Positions 1 through 7,637 are shown, numbered from the stretch's first letter. The stretch is DNA of 11,220 nt from Gemmatimonadota bacterium (GCA_003221005.1 QHTZ01000010.1:1-11220), one strand, 5' to 3'. Numbers and translations are program-made. The notes: generated by a model from the letters alone, not told the origin.

Positions 1-1274
1 GGCGCATGCTGCTGAACGAAGCCGAGACCCAAGCCGAGGCGCTCGTCACGTACCTGAAGGAAGGCGGGGGGATCAAGGAAATCGCCGTGGCCGGGAGCTA
101 CCGGCGCCGCCGCGAGACGATCGGCGATCTCGATATCCTCGCGACGTCGGCGGACAGCGCCAAGGTCATGCGCCGCTTCGTGAGCTATCCCGACGCGGCC
201 GAGGTGCTCTCCCAGGGCGACACGCGCTCGACCATCAAGCTGCGCGGCGGCCTGCAGGTGGACCTCCGCGCCATCGAGCCGGCGGCCTACGGCGCCGGGC
301 TTCTGTACTTCACGGGTTCCAAGGCGCACAACGTCGAGCTGCGGCAGCTCGCCCAGGGGAAGGACCTCAAGCTCAACGAGTATGGTCTCTTCCGGGGTAC
401 ACGCCGGGTGGCGGGAAAGACTGAAGAAGAGATCTACACCAAGCTGGGGCTCGAGTGGATCCCGCCCGAGCTGCGGGAGGCGCGCGGGGAGATCGCGCTG
501 GCGCGCGAGCACCGGCTACCGAAGCTGGTCGAGCTCAAGGACATCCGCGGCGACCTCCAGATGCACACCAACGCCACCGACGGCAAGGGCACGATCGACG
601 AAATGGCGGCCGCGGCGCGGCAGCTCGACTACGAGTACATCGCCATCACCGATCACTCGAAGCGCGTCACCATGGCGCTGGGGCTCGATCCCAAGCGGCT
701 GCGCGAGCAATGGAAGACGATCGACGAGTGGAACGCGACGGGGCGAGGGCTCACGATCCTGAAGAGCGTCGAGATGGATATCCTCGAGAGCGGCAAGCTC
801 GACCTGCCGGATGACGTGCTGGCGGAAGCGGACTACGTGGTGGCGACGATCCACTACGGGATCAACCAGACGGCGAAAGAGATCACCAGCCGGCTCGTCC
901 GCGCCGCCCAGCATCCGTGGGTGGACGCGATCGGTCACCCGACGGGGCGCATCCTGGGCAAACGCGAGCCCTACCCGCTCGACTTCGACACCTTGGCACA
1001 TGCCTGCGCTACGTCGGGCTGTCTGCTCGAGCTGAACGGTCACCCCGAGCGGATGGACCTCCCCGACACGCTCGCCGCCTCCGCGAAACAGCACGGCGTC
1101 CGACTCGTGCTGTCCACCGACAGTCACCAGCCGACGACGTTGCCGTTCATGACGTACGCGGTGGACCTGGCGCGGAGAGGGGGACTAGAAGCCGGTGATA
1201 TCCTGAACACCCGGCCCTTGGCCGAATTCAGGGCGGGACTGAAGAGGGCGGTAGGAGGCGGTAAGGGGCGGTGA
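1..1274 (+). CDS. polX: DNA polymerase X family / PHP 3'-5' exonuclease (PolX), 5'-truncated by the window edge
   Basis: PolX core motifs GSYRR, GDLDIL (DxD), QVDLR (third Asp), YFTGSKAHN, LNEYGLF and IPPELRE are followed by PHP-domain motifs DLQMHT, ITDHS, GHPTGR and STDSH. The frame is open to the left edge and the N-terminal HhH region is missing, so the gene starts upstream of the window. Confidence 0.95.
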   Translation, partial: RMLLNEAETQAEALVTYLKEGGGIKEIAVAGSYRRRRETIGDLDILATSADSAKVMRRFVSYPDAAEVLSQGDTRSTIKLRGGLQVDLRAIEPAAYGAGLLYFTGSKAHNVELRQLAQGKDLKLNEYGLFRGTRRVAGKTEEEIYTKLGLEWIPPELREARGEIALAREHRLPKLVELKDIRGDLQMHTNATDGKGTIDEMAAAARQLDYEYIAITDHSKRVTMALGLDPKRLREQWKTIDEWNATGRGLTILKSVEMDILESGKLDLPDDVLAEADYVVATIHYGINQTAKEITSRLVRAAQHPWVDAIGHPTGRILGKREPYPLDFDTLAHACATSGCLLELNGHPERMDLPDTLAASAKQHGVRLVLSTDSHQPTTLPFMTYAVDLARRGGLEAGDILNTRPLAEFRAGLKRAVGGGKGR

Positions 1275-1333
1275 GGGGCGGTAGACCGACCGCCTCTGTC
1301 CGCCCCTACCACCACATACCGCCCCTTACCGCC
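1247..1333. repeat. Inverted pair of 10-mer tandem arrays (consensus GGCGGTAAGG) forming a long hairpin at the polX/rnhB convergent junction; possible bidirectional terminator or 3'-end stabiliser
   Basis: Plus arm: ggcggtagga ggcggtaagg ggcggtgagg ggcggtaga (1247-1285). Minus arm read from 1333: ggcggtaagg ggcggtatgt ggtggtagg ggcggacaga ggcggtcgg. The stop codons of both genes lie inside the array. Confidence 0.85.
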
Positions 1334-1950
1334 AGCTCCAGCTGCACCACGGGCGCGAAGCTCCGCCGGTGATGCGCCGTCATCCCGTGCTCCGCGAGCG
1401 CCGCCAGGTGGTACGCCGTGCCGTAGCCCTTGTTGCTCGCCCAGGCGTAGGCGGGGTGGTGCGCGGCGAGGCGTTGCATGAGGCGATCGCGCACGGTCTT
1501 GGCGATGACGGAGGCGGCGGCGATGCAGTGGCAGTGAGCGTCGCCGTCCACGATCGCGTCGTGGGTCCATCCCAGCTCGGGACACGGCAGCCCGTCCACC
1601 AGCACGTGTTCGGGGCGCACCGCCAGGCGGCCCAGCGCACGCCGCATCGCGAGGATCGTCGCACGCCGGATGTTGAGCCGATCGATCTCGCGGACGCTCG
1701 CCGCGCCGACGCCGACCGCGAGGGCGCGTTGCCGTACCAGCCCGGCGAGCCGCAGTCGGACGCGCGGCGTGAGCAGCTTGGAATCGCGCAGCCCGCGGAT
1801 CACCTTGCAGTATGCCGGAAACACGACGGCCGCGGCCACCACTGGACCGGCCAGGGGACCGCGGCCTGCTTCGTCGACGCCGGCGACGACTTCCCCGCCT
1901 TCAGCCCAGAGCGCGCGTTCGCGCTCGAGTGAAGGACGGGGGCGTCTCAC
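1306..1950 (-). CDS. rnhB: Ribonuclease HII
   Basis: Motifs [56 protein letters not shown] and HRRSFAPV. The GTG start overlaps the rplS stop (GTGA), and rplS-rnhB is a common gene order. Confidence 0.96.
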   Translation of the reverse strand: MRRPRPSLERERALWAEGGEVVAGVDEAGRGPLAGPVVAAAVVFPAYCKVIRGLRDSKLLTPRVRLRLAGLVRQRALAVGVGAASVREIDRLNIRRATILAMRRALGRLAVRPEHVLVDGLPCPELGWTHDAIVDGDAHCHCIAAASVIAKTVRDRLMQRLAAHHPAYAWASNKGYGTAYHLAALAEHGMTAHHRRSFAPVVQLELAVRGGMWW

Positions 1951-2324
1951 GTTTCCGGTTGCTCCGTGGTGGGGACGACGCCCGCGCGCTTCTCACGAAT
2001 GCGCGCCGCCTTGCCGGCGAGCCGCCGCAGGAAGTAGAGCTTGGCGCGGCGCACGCGCCCCTTGCGCACCAGCTCGATCTCCGCGATGGAGGGACCGTGC
2101 AACGGGAAGATGCGCTCGACGCCGACCCCCGCTGAGATCTTGCGAACGGTGAAGGTTTCGTTGATGCCACCGCCGCGGCGGGCGATGCAGATGCCCTCGA
2201 ACGCCTGCAGGCGCTCCTTCTCGCCCTCGCGCACGCGCACCATGACGCGCACCGTGTCGCCCGGATCGAACGCGGGAATGTTGGTCTTCAAGCCTTCGCG
2301 CTCGACCTCTCTCAGCCGGTGCAT
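1947..2324 (-). CDS. rplS: 50S ribosomal protein L19
   Basis: Motifs [44 protein letters not shown] and [12 protein letters not shown]; lies directly downstream of trmD. Confidence 0.98.
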   Translation of the reverse strand: MHRLREVEREGLKTNIPAFDPGDTVRVMVRVREGEKERLQAFEGICIARRGGGINETFTVRKISAGVGVERIFPLHGPSIAEIELVRKGRVRRAKLYFLRRLAGKAARIREKRAGVVPTTEQPET

Positions 2325-2328
2325 ACCC

Positions 2329-3021
2329 TCACCCTCGCTCTTCCGTTGCCTGTCTGTTCCATAGATCCGGCCGGCGCTCGCGCGTCAGGCGCTCGGCTTC
2401 CCGTGCGCGCCACTCGGCGATCTTCTCATGATCGCCACCCAACAATACCGCGGGGACGTCCATCCCGCGATAGCTCGGCGGCCGCGTGTAGCTCGGCGGA
2501 GCGAGCAACCCGTCGTAATGCGAATCGGTCGCGGCGGACTCGTGGTCGCCGAGCGCTCCCGGCAGGAGCCGCACCACCGCGTCGATCACGCACAGCGCTG
2601 CCGGTTCGCCGCCCGACAATACGAAGTCACCGATCGACAGCTCTTCAGCGCCGAGGCCGTCCGCGACCCGCTGGTCCACGTCCTTGTAGTGGCCGCACAG
2701 CAACGTCAGCTCCTTGGCGACCGCGAACCGGACCGCGTCGTCGTGGGTGAAGCGCCGCCCGCGAGCCGACAGCAGTACGATGGGCGGGCCCACACGGAGG
2801 TCGTCCACCGCCTCGAAGAAGGGTTCCGGCTTCAGCACCATCCCGGCGCCCCCGCCGTACGGGTAATCGTCTACGGTGTGGTGCTTGTCGTGCGTGTAGT
2901 CCCGCAACTGTACCACGCGGAAACGCACCAGCCCCGCCGCCGCCGCCCGACCCAGGATGCTCGTCGCGAACGGCGCGGTGAACAGCTCGGGGAACAGAGT
3001 CACCACGCTAATCGTGAGCAT
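2329..3021 (-). CDS. trmD: tRNA (guanine37-N1)-methyltransferase
   Basis: Motifs [52 protein letters not shown] and YTRP. The real start is placed at ATG 3021 ([12 protein letters not shown]), overlapping the 3' end of rimM, rather than at 3066. Confidence 0.96.
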   Translation of the reverse strand: MLTISVVTLFPELFTAPFATSILGRAAAAGLVRFRVVQLRDYTHDKHHTVDDYPYGGGAGMVLKPEPFFEAVDDLRVGPPIVLLSARGRRFTHDDAVRFAVAKELTLLCGHYKDVDQRVADGLGAEELSIGDFVLSGGEPAALCVIDAVVRLLPGALGDHESAATDSHYDGLLAPPSYTRPPSYRGMDVPAVLLGGDHEKIAEWRAREAERLTRERRPDLWNRQATEERG

Positions 3022-3277
3022 CGGGCTCGTCCGTGGCGACGTAGTGGTCTCGCCATGCTTCGACAACGGCGCGGCCGCTCACTCCCTCGAACCCGAGCAG
3101 CCATTCGCGGTGATACGCCCGGCGGCGCGCGATGATCAGCGGCCCCGCAACCACGCGTCGCGCGGCGTCCACCACGAACAGGCGCGCGCGGGGAACGAAG
3201 ATCGCACCGGGGTTCTCGACCAGGGGGATCACCGCCACTTCCCCCTGCTGTCCGTGCGGCTTGCGCAGCCGCCCGAC
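3008..3277 (-). CDS. rimM: RimM N-terminal domain only (~89 aa, no PRC-barrel domain); start uncertain (GTC at 3277 overlapping the rpsP stop, or GTG at 3361 inside rpsP); possibly a pseudogene
   Basis: VGRLRKPHGQQGEVAV matches the RimM N-terminal motif and LLGFEGVSGRAVVEAWRD matches the end of the N-domain. It occupies the usual rpsP-rimM-trmD position. Confidence 0.8.
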   Translation of the reverse strand, partial: VGRLRKPHGQQGEVAVIPLVENPGAIFVPRARLFVVDAARRVVAGPLIIARRRAYHREWLLGFEGVSGRAVVEAWRDHYVATDEPDAHD

Positions 3278-3534
3278 TAGGCGGGCCGTTTGCCGAACAC
3301 CCCGGCCTTCTTGAGCAGCGAGCGCACCGTGTCCGTCGGCAGCGCGCCCTTCGCCAGCCACGCCTGCACCTGCTCGGTGTTCACCTTGATCACCGCCGGA
3401 TTGGCGCGCGGGTCGTAGTGGCCGAGCGTCGCCACGAACCGGCCGTCGCGCGGGGACTCCTGGTCGGCGACCACGATGCGGAAGTACCCCTGCCCCTTCC
3501 GCCCCACGCGCCGCAACCGAATCCGAGTTGCCAT
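3277..3534 (-). CDS. rpsP: 30S ribosomal protein S16
   Basis: Sequence MATRIRLRRVGRK..YFRIVVAD..SPRDGRFVATLGHYDP..WLAKGALPTDTVRSLL, with an AGGA Shine-Dalgarno-like sequence upstream of the ATG. Confidence 0.98.
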   Translation of the reverse strand: MATRIRLRRVGRKGQGYFRIVVADQESPRDGRFVATLGHYDPRANPAVIKVNTEQVQAWLAKGALPTDTVRSLLKKAGVFGKRPA

Positions 3535-3564
3535 CTGATCGTCCTACGTCCGCTGGAGGGCCAA

Positions 3565-3593
3565 AACCTACTCGGGGGGTGGGTCTAAACCAA
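3565..3593 (-). promoter_or_regulatory. Putative sigma70-type promoter for rpsP-rimM-trmD-rplS-rnhB
   Basis: Minus strand reads TTGGTT (3593-3588), a 17-nt spacer, then TAGGTT (3570-3565), ending 30 nt upstream of the rpsP ATG in the only sizeable gap of the minus-strand run. Confidence 0.5.
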
Positions 3594-3607
3594 GGGGCGA
3601 TGGGGCC

Positions 3608-4819
3608 TCACTTGAGCTTTACTCTCGGCAGGTGCTTCCATCCCGCCCAGCTCGCCGGCGCATCAACCAGTCGCACGCCCGGCAAGCGGCCCACCGCGAG
3701 CCGCGTGATCTCTGACCGCCTGACCGCCTGACCGCCCCACCGCCTCTTGCTCCACGCCCGCCTCAGCCCGCCAGCGAACCGATCCGCCGCGGCGGCGTTG
3801 TCCCACACGGAGTACCACACGACGGCGGCGGCGGCGCGCCCCAGGACCTCGTAGCGATCGCCGCCCCAGCCGGTCGCGAGCGTGGTCGCCTCACGCTCGT
3901 CGCCAAGGAACTGCTCGAGCAGCAGCCGGGTCTCGAATTCACCTAGATCGTCTTCGTAGCGCACCGTATCGAGCGCGGGACCGACAAACGCGAGCGCGAT
4001 CGGCCGGTCCCCCGCGGCGTACCGCTCGGTATGGAGGATCTGCTCCGTCGAGGTCGGCATCAGCGAACCGAACGGCTGCTTCCCCGGGTGCCCAGTCTCG
4101 AACCAGCGCACGAAGTCCGCGCCAGCGAGGTAGGGGAAGATAAGGCTCTCGCGCAGCCACTGCGGAGTGTTCGCGAACATCGGCATCTGGGCCTGCTGCC
4201 GGCTGACGGCGTCCCGCTGATCCCAGAAGCGTGGCAGGTCCTCGATCTTCTGCTCAGGCATGAGGACGAGGAGTCCCACGAGGGTTGCCTGACCCTCGAG
4301 GATCGCCTGGGCCGCCGTGCGGCGGTCGTTCTGCTGCCGCTGCTGGATGAGTGAGTTAAGGTCGATGTATTGGTGTTGGAGCGCATGCGCCAACTCGTGA
4401 GAGATAACGGTCCGCGCGAGCGCTGGATCAATGTCGGTCCGGATGTACAGGGCGCTCGAGTCGGCGTCATAGTACCCGGCAACCTGCTCGCCGAGGAGAT
4501 CGATCATTGTGCGCCGCAGGTCCACCGAATCGGGCAACAACCCGAAGAGCCGATACGCCGCTTGGACACCGTCAAGCTCGGCGGGGGGAAGGTCCTTGTC
4601 GAACTTGTGTATCACGTAGTCTCGGACGTCTGCCCGCGTGCGGCGCAACACGAGGGGGCGGTGCTTGAACCTGAGCCCGGTGGCGCGCTCGACGGCCGGC
4701 ATCATCTGGTCGACGGCCCGCTTCAACTCTGCGTCACTCTGAACCTGACGGGCGCGCTCGCTGCACGACATCGCCACCAGCAGCGCCGCAACGACTCCCC
4801 CCGCCCTCAACCGGTCCAC
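3608..4819 (-). CDS. Putative exported/lipoprotein zinc-metallopeptidase-like protein (HEXXH; resembles the Hvo_1808-like surface protein family)
   Basis: Signal-like N-terminus with an imperfect lipobox (RLRAGGVVAALLVAMS-C). Motifs VAGYYD, SHELAHALQHQ (HEXXH), AILEGQAT (possible third-ligand Glu), FPYLAGADFV, PTSTEQILH, DDLGE, GWGGDRY and WYSVWD. The start overlaps the upstream gene's 3' end. Confidence 0.75.
   Translation of the reverse strand: MDRLRAGGVVAALLVAMSCSERARQVQSDAELKRAVDQMMPAVERATGLRFKHRPLVLRRTRADVRDYVIHKFDKDLPPAELDGVQAAYRLFGLLPDSVDLRRTMIDLLGEQVAGYYDADSSALYIRTDIDPALARTVISHELAHALQHQYIDLNSLIQQRQQNDRRTAAQAILEGQATLVGLLVLMPEQKIEDLPRFWDQRDAVSRQQAQMPMFANTPQWLRESLIFPYLAGADFVRWFETGHPGKQPFGSLMPTSTEQILHTERYAAGDRPIALAFVGPALDTVRYEDDLGEFETRLLLEQFLGDEREATTLATGWGGDRYEVLGRAAAAVVWYSVWDNAAAADRFAGGLRRAWSKRRWGGQAVRRSEITRLAVGRLPGVRLVDAPASWAGWKHLPRVKLK
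3712..3743 (-). repeat. In-frame 8-mer tandem array (GCGGTGGG followed by GCGGTCAG x3 on the coding strand)
   Basis: Plus strand reads ctgaccgc ctgaccgc ctgaccgc cccaccgc; it encodes RWGGQAVRRS near the C-terminus. Confidence 0.75.
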
Positions 4820-5982
4820 TCGATCCCTTTCCCCACCGCCGCCCCCACGACCCGCGCGATGTCTTGTCCGCTGACGACGATCCCCTGGCGCTCGAGCTCC
4901 TGGCGCAGCAGCTGGTCGAGCTCGGCGCGCCGCTCGGCAAGGGGCGGCATGGGGCGGGAGGCGGCGGTCTGGGGCGGTACGGTGGCCGCACCCGTACCGC
5001 CTCCTGCCGCCCCTTGCCGCCCCTTGCCGCCCAGCATTCTCTCGATCTCCTCTCCAATCCGCTCCAGCACCGGAAAAATCTCCGCCATGAGGTCCTCAAC
5101 CGGCTCCCCCTCCCCGCGTGCAGGCTCGTGCGTCAACCCGCGCCGGATCATCGCGTCGACCTTGCGGCGCTCCCGGATCAAGCGCTCGAGCTCGGGCGAG
5201 ATACGCGCCGTCGCCTGCGCGTGCGCGCACGCCTCGTCCAGCACGTCGATCGCCTTGTCCGGGCGCGCACGATCGGGCACGAAGCGGTCGGTCAGGACGA
5301 TCGCGGCTTTGAGGGCGTCGTCGGTGAGCGCGACGGCATGGTGGCGCTCGAGCCGCGGCCGGCGCGCCACGAGGACTTCCCACGTCTGAATCGCGTCGAG
5401 CTCCTCCACCGCCACGGGCTGGAATCGGCGCTCGAGCGCCGGATCACCCCGGATCCAGCGGTCGTACTCTCCACCCGTGGTCGCGCCGACGATGCGGATG
5501 TCGCCGCGCACCAGGGCAGGCTTCAGCATGTTGGCGGCGTCCATCGCGGCGCCCATCGCAGTGCCCTGACCGATCAGGTTGTGCAGCTCATCCACGAACA
5601 GGATCAGCTCGGGGTCGGCCGCGAGCGCGCGCACCAGCCGGCGGACTCGCTCCTCGTATTGGCCGCGGAACGCGGTGCCCGCAAGTAAAGCGACGTGATC
5701 CAGCGCTACCAGCCGCGCGTCCTTGAGCGCGGGCGGCACGTCGCCAGTGGCGACGCGCTGCGCCAGTCCCTCGACGATCGCCGTCTTCCCCACGCCCGCC
5801 TTGCCGATGAGCGCGGGATTGTTCTTGCTCTGGCGTAGCAGGATGTCCACGACGCGGGCGATTTCGGCATCGCGGCAGCGCACCGGCTCGAGATCGCCGC
5901 GGCGCGCCTGCGCGGTGAGATCCACACCGACCCGCTCGAGCACGTCGCCCACATCGAACAGACCACCGAGCGGGTCGCTCAC
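4807..5982 (-). CDS. ClpA/B/C-like AAA+ ATPase with only the first nucleotide-binding module (D1 plus lid and a short middle region)
   Basis: Motifs GVDLT..ARRGDLEPV, KNNPALIGKAGVGKT (Walker A), AGTAFRGQYEER (pore loop), ILFVDELH (Walker B), DAANMLKPAL, GATT, DPALERRFQ (Arg finger) and PDKAIDVLDEACA. It ends at VSGQDIARVV. GTG start with GGAG 8 nt upstream. Confidence 0.9.
   Translation of the reverse strand: MSDPLGGLFDVGDVLERVGVDLTAQARRGDLEPVRCRDAEIARVVDILLRQSKNNPALIGKAGVGKTAIVEGLAQRVATGDVPPALKDARLVALDHVALLAGTAFRGQYEERVRRLVRALAADPELILFVDELHNLIGQGTAMGAAMDAANMLKPALVRGDIRIVGATTGGEYDRWIRGDPALERRFQPVAVEELDAIQTWEVLVARRPRLERHHAVALTDDALKAAIVLTDRFVPDRARPDKAIDVLDEACAHAQATARISPELERLIRERRKVDAMIRRGLTHEPARGEGEPVEDLMAEIFPVLERIGEEIERMLGGKGRQGAAGGGTGAATVPPQTAASRPMPPLAERRAELDQLLRQELERQGIVVSGQDIARVVGAAVGKGIEWTG
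4933..5031. repeat. 99-bp inverted 10-mer array hairpin lying in frame in the Clp-like gene
   Basis: Plus strand: ctcggcaagg ggcggcatgg ggcgggaggc ggcggtctgg ggcggtacgg [loop tggccgcac] ccgtaccgcc tcctgccgcc ccttgccgcc ccttgccgcc. The innermost 10-bp units pair perfectly. Confidence 0.85.
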
Positions 5983-5986
5983 GGCA

Positions 5987-6757
5987 TCAGCTCCCCCGCA
6001 GAAACTGCAGGTACCACTGGATGATCGCGTCGCCCGCCACGAACGTGACGCCTGCGCCCACGGCGAGGAATACCCCGAACGGCACGAGACGTTTGCGCTT
6101 CAGGGAGAGGGGCAGAAACACGACGCTGCCAGCCACGGCGCCGAGAAACACCGTGAGCAGCACGCCCTTCCAGCCGATGAACGAGCCGACCATGGCCATC
6201 ATCTTGATGTCACCGCCCCCCATCGCCTCCTCCCGGAACGCCCAACGTCCGGCCTGCGCCACGACGAACAGCAACGCGAAGCCCGCTACGGCACCGAGCA
6301 CCGCCTGCAGAAACCCGTCCACGCCTCCCCACAACGAGAGGGTGAGCCCGAGCACGAGCCCGCCCCAGGTGAACTCGTCGGGGATCAAGTAGTGCCGCGC
6401 GTCGGTGATTGCAATGCCGAGGAGGATGGTGCCGAGCAGCCCTGCGGCGAGCGCCTGGACCGTGGCTCCGTAGGCCAGCACCGCCGCAAGCCACAGCAGC
6501 CCCACGGCCGCCTCGACCACCGGGTACTGCACCGAGATGCGCGCACCGCAGTGACGACAGCGGCCCTTGAGCAGCAGCCAGGAGACGACCGGGATGTTGT
6601 CCCGCCAGGCGATGGGGCGCCGGCACTTTGGGCAGGACGAGGGCGGGCGCAGCAACGACTGCTCATGCGGCAGGCGGAGGATGCAGACGTTGAGGAAGCT
6701 TCCGAGACAGAGGCCGAGCAGAGCGGCCCCCGCGAGCGCCAGGGCGTCAGCGCCCAC
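5987..6757 (-). CDS. pilD: Type IV prepilin peptidase (A24)
   Basis: Motifs GSFLNVCILRLP, SSCPKC, DNIPVVSWLLLKGRCRHC..ISVQYPVVE, catalytic Asp in ITDARHYLIPD and AMGGGDIKMM, and VPFGVFL; several transmembrane segments. Confidence 0.95.
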   Translation of the reverse strand: MGADALALAGAALLGLCLGSFLNVCILRLPHEQSLLRPPSSCPKCRRPIAWRDNIPVVSWLLLKGRCRHCGARISVQYPVVEAAVGLLWLAAVLAYGATVQALAAGLLGTILLGIAITDARHYLIPDEFTWGGLVLGLTLSLWGGVDGFLQAVLGAVAGFALLFVVAQAGRWAFREEAMGGGDIKMMAMVGSFIGWKGVLLTVFLGAVAGSVVFLPLSLKRKRLVPFGVFLAVGAGVTFVAGDAIIQWYLQFLRGS

Positions 6758-7556
6758 GCAGGACCTCGTACAGCAGGATCCCGGCCGCCACCGCGACGTT
6801 GAGGGACTCCGCCCCCTGCGCCAGCGGAATCGCGACGCGCCGCGTGGACACGGCGTTCAAGTGCGGCCGGATCCCGGCCCCCTCGTTGCCCACGATCACG
6901 CCGATCGGCCCGGTATCCGAGCGCCCCCCTTCCCCCGTCCCTTTTCCCCCGCTCGCGAGCGCGCGGTGCAGCGGTGCACCGTCCGCCGCCGCCGCCCACA
7001 GGGTGAGCCCTCGCTTGCGCGCCCACGCGATGAACGCGCCATCGTCGAGCGCGACGACGGGGTGGCGAAACGTGGCGCCCATCGCGGCACGGAGCGCCTT
7101 GGGGCTGAGCACGTCGGCGCTGCCGCGCAACACGACGGTGCCCGCGGCACCAAGGGCGTGCGCCGTGCGGATCAGCGTGCCGACGTTACCCGGGTCCTGC
7201 ACGCCGTCGATGACCAGCGCCACGCCCCGGTCGCCGACCGGGAGCTCATCGGCAGTCCACTTGCGGGGCTCGACGACCGCGAGGATCCCCTGGGGCGTCT
7301 CCGTGTCGGCGAGCTGCTCGAGCGTGCGCGCCGAGACTTGCTCTACCGGGACGGCGTGGCGCTCGAGCTCGGCACGGAGCGCGCTGCCCCGCGCCGTGCG
7401 GTCGAGCTCGGGCGCGACCAGGGCGCCGCGGAACTTGAGCCCGGCGCCGAGCGCCTCCTCGATGAGCCGCACACCCTCCACGATGGCGAGGCCGCGACGG
7501 CCGCGCGCCTTGCGCCGTTGGAGATCGCGCAGCATCGCTTGCAAATTACTGGCTAT
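6747..7556 (-). CDS. TrmH/SpoU family RNA 2'-O-methyltransferase; start at ATA 7556, TTG 7544 or ATG 7535
   Basis: SPOUT motifs [51 protein letters not shown] and [15 protein letters not shown]. The ORF-track extension to 7985 is antisense to thiD and is not part of the gene. Confidence 0.92.
   Translation of the reverse strand: MASNLQAMLRDLQRRKARGRRGLAIVEGVRLIEEALGAGLKFRGALVAPELDRTARGSALRAELERHAVPVEQVSARTLEQLADTETPQGILAVVEPRKWTADELPVGDRGVALVIDGVQDPGNVGTLIRTAHALGAAGTVVLRGSADVLSPKALRAAMGATFRHPVVALDDGAFIAWARKRGLTLWAAAADGAPLHRALASGGKGTGEGGRSDTGPIGVIVGNEGAGIRPHLNAVSTRRVAIPLAQGAESLNVAVAAGILLYEVLRGR
6923..6950 (-). repeat. 7-mer G-rich array in frame in the TrmH-family gene
   Basis: Coding strand reads gggggaa aagggac gggggaa ggggggc, closed by a 6-bp inverted repeat cgagcg/cgctcg (6918-6923 and 6950-6955). 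It encodes [12 protein letters not shown]. Confidence 0.55.
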
Positions 7557-7637
7557 GAGGACTCCCTCCCGCCGGCGGCGGCCGGCTTGTCTAAACGTCG
7601 CCGCCCCCTGCGTGTTTGCCAAGCGCAGGGACGCTCG

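Noticed and set aside
550-570. PHP motif reads DLQMHT rather than DLHxHT, suggesting an inactive nuclease
   Set aside because: A QxH variant occurs in active bacterial PolX PHP domains (as I recall, in Thermus PolX), and the other metal ligands are present.
1-1950. polX plus rnhB as a dedicated ribonucleotide-repair module
   Set aside because: The genes are convergent and rnhB is explained by the common rplS-rnhB operon; adjacency alone is not evidence of a shared pathway.
3270-3320. Programmed -1 frameshift producing an S16-RimM fusion
   Set aside because: The frames are compatible, but I saw no canonical slippery heptamer or clear stimulatory structure near the end of rpsP.
7557-7637. TPP riboswitch or regulatory RNA upstream of thiD
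   Set aside because: The gap is only about 80 nt of divergent intergenic DNA with no CUGAGA/AUACCUG-type TPP core. A GC-rich inverted repeat (ggcggcg..cgccgcc) is present but uninformative, and I found no convincing promoter pair.
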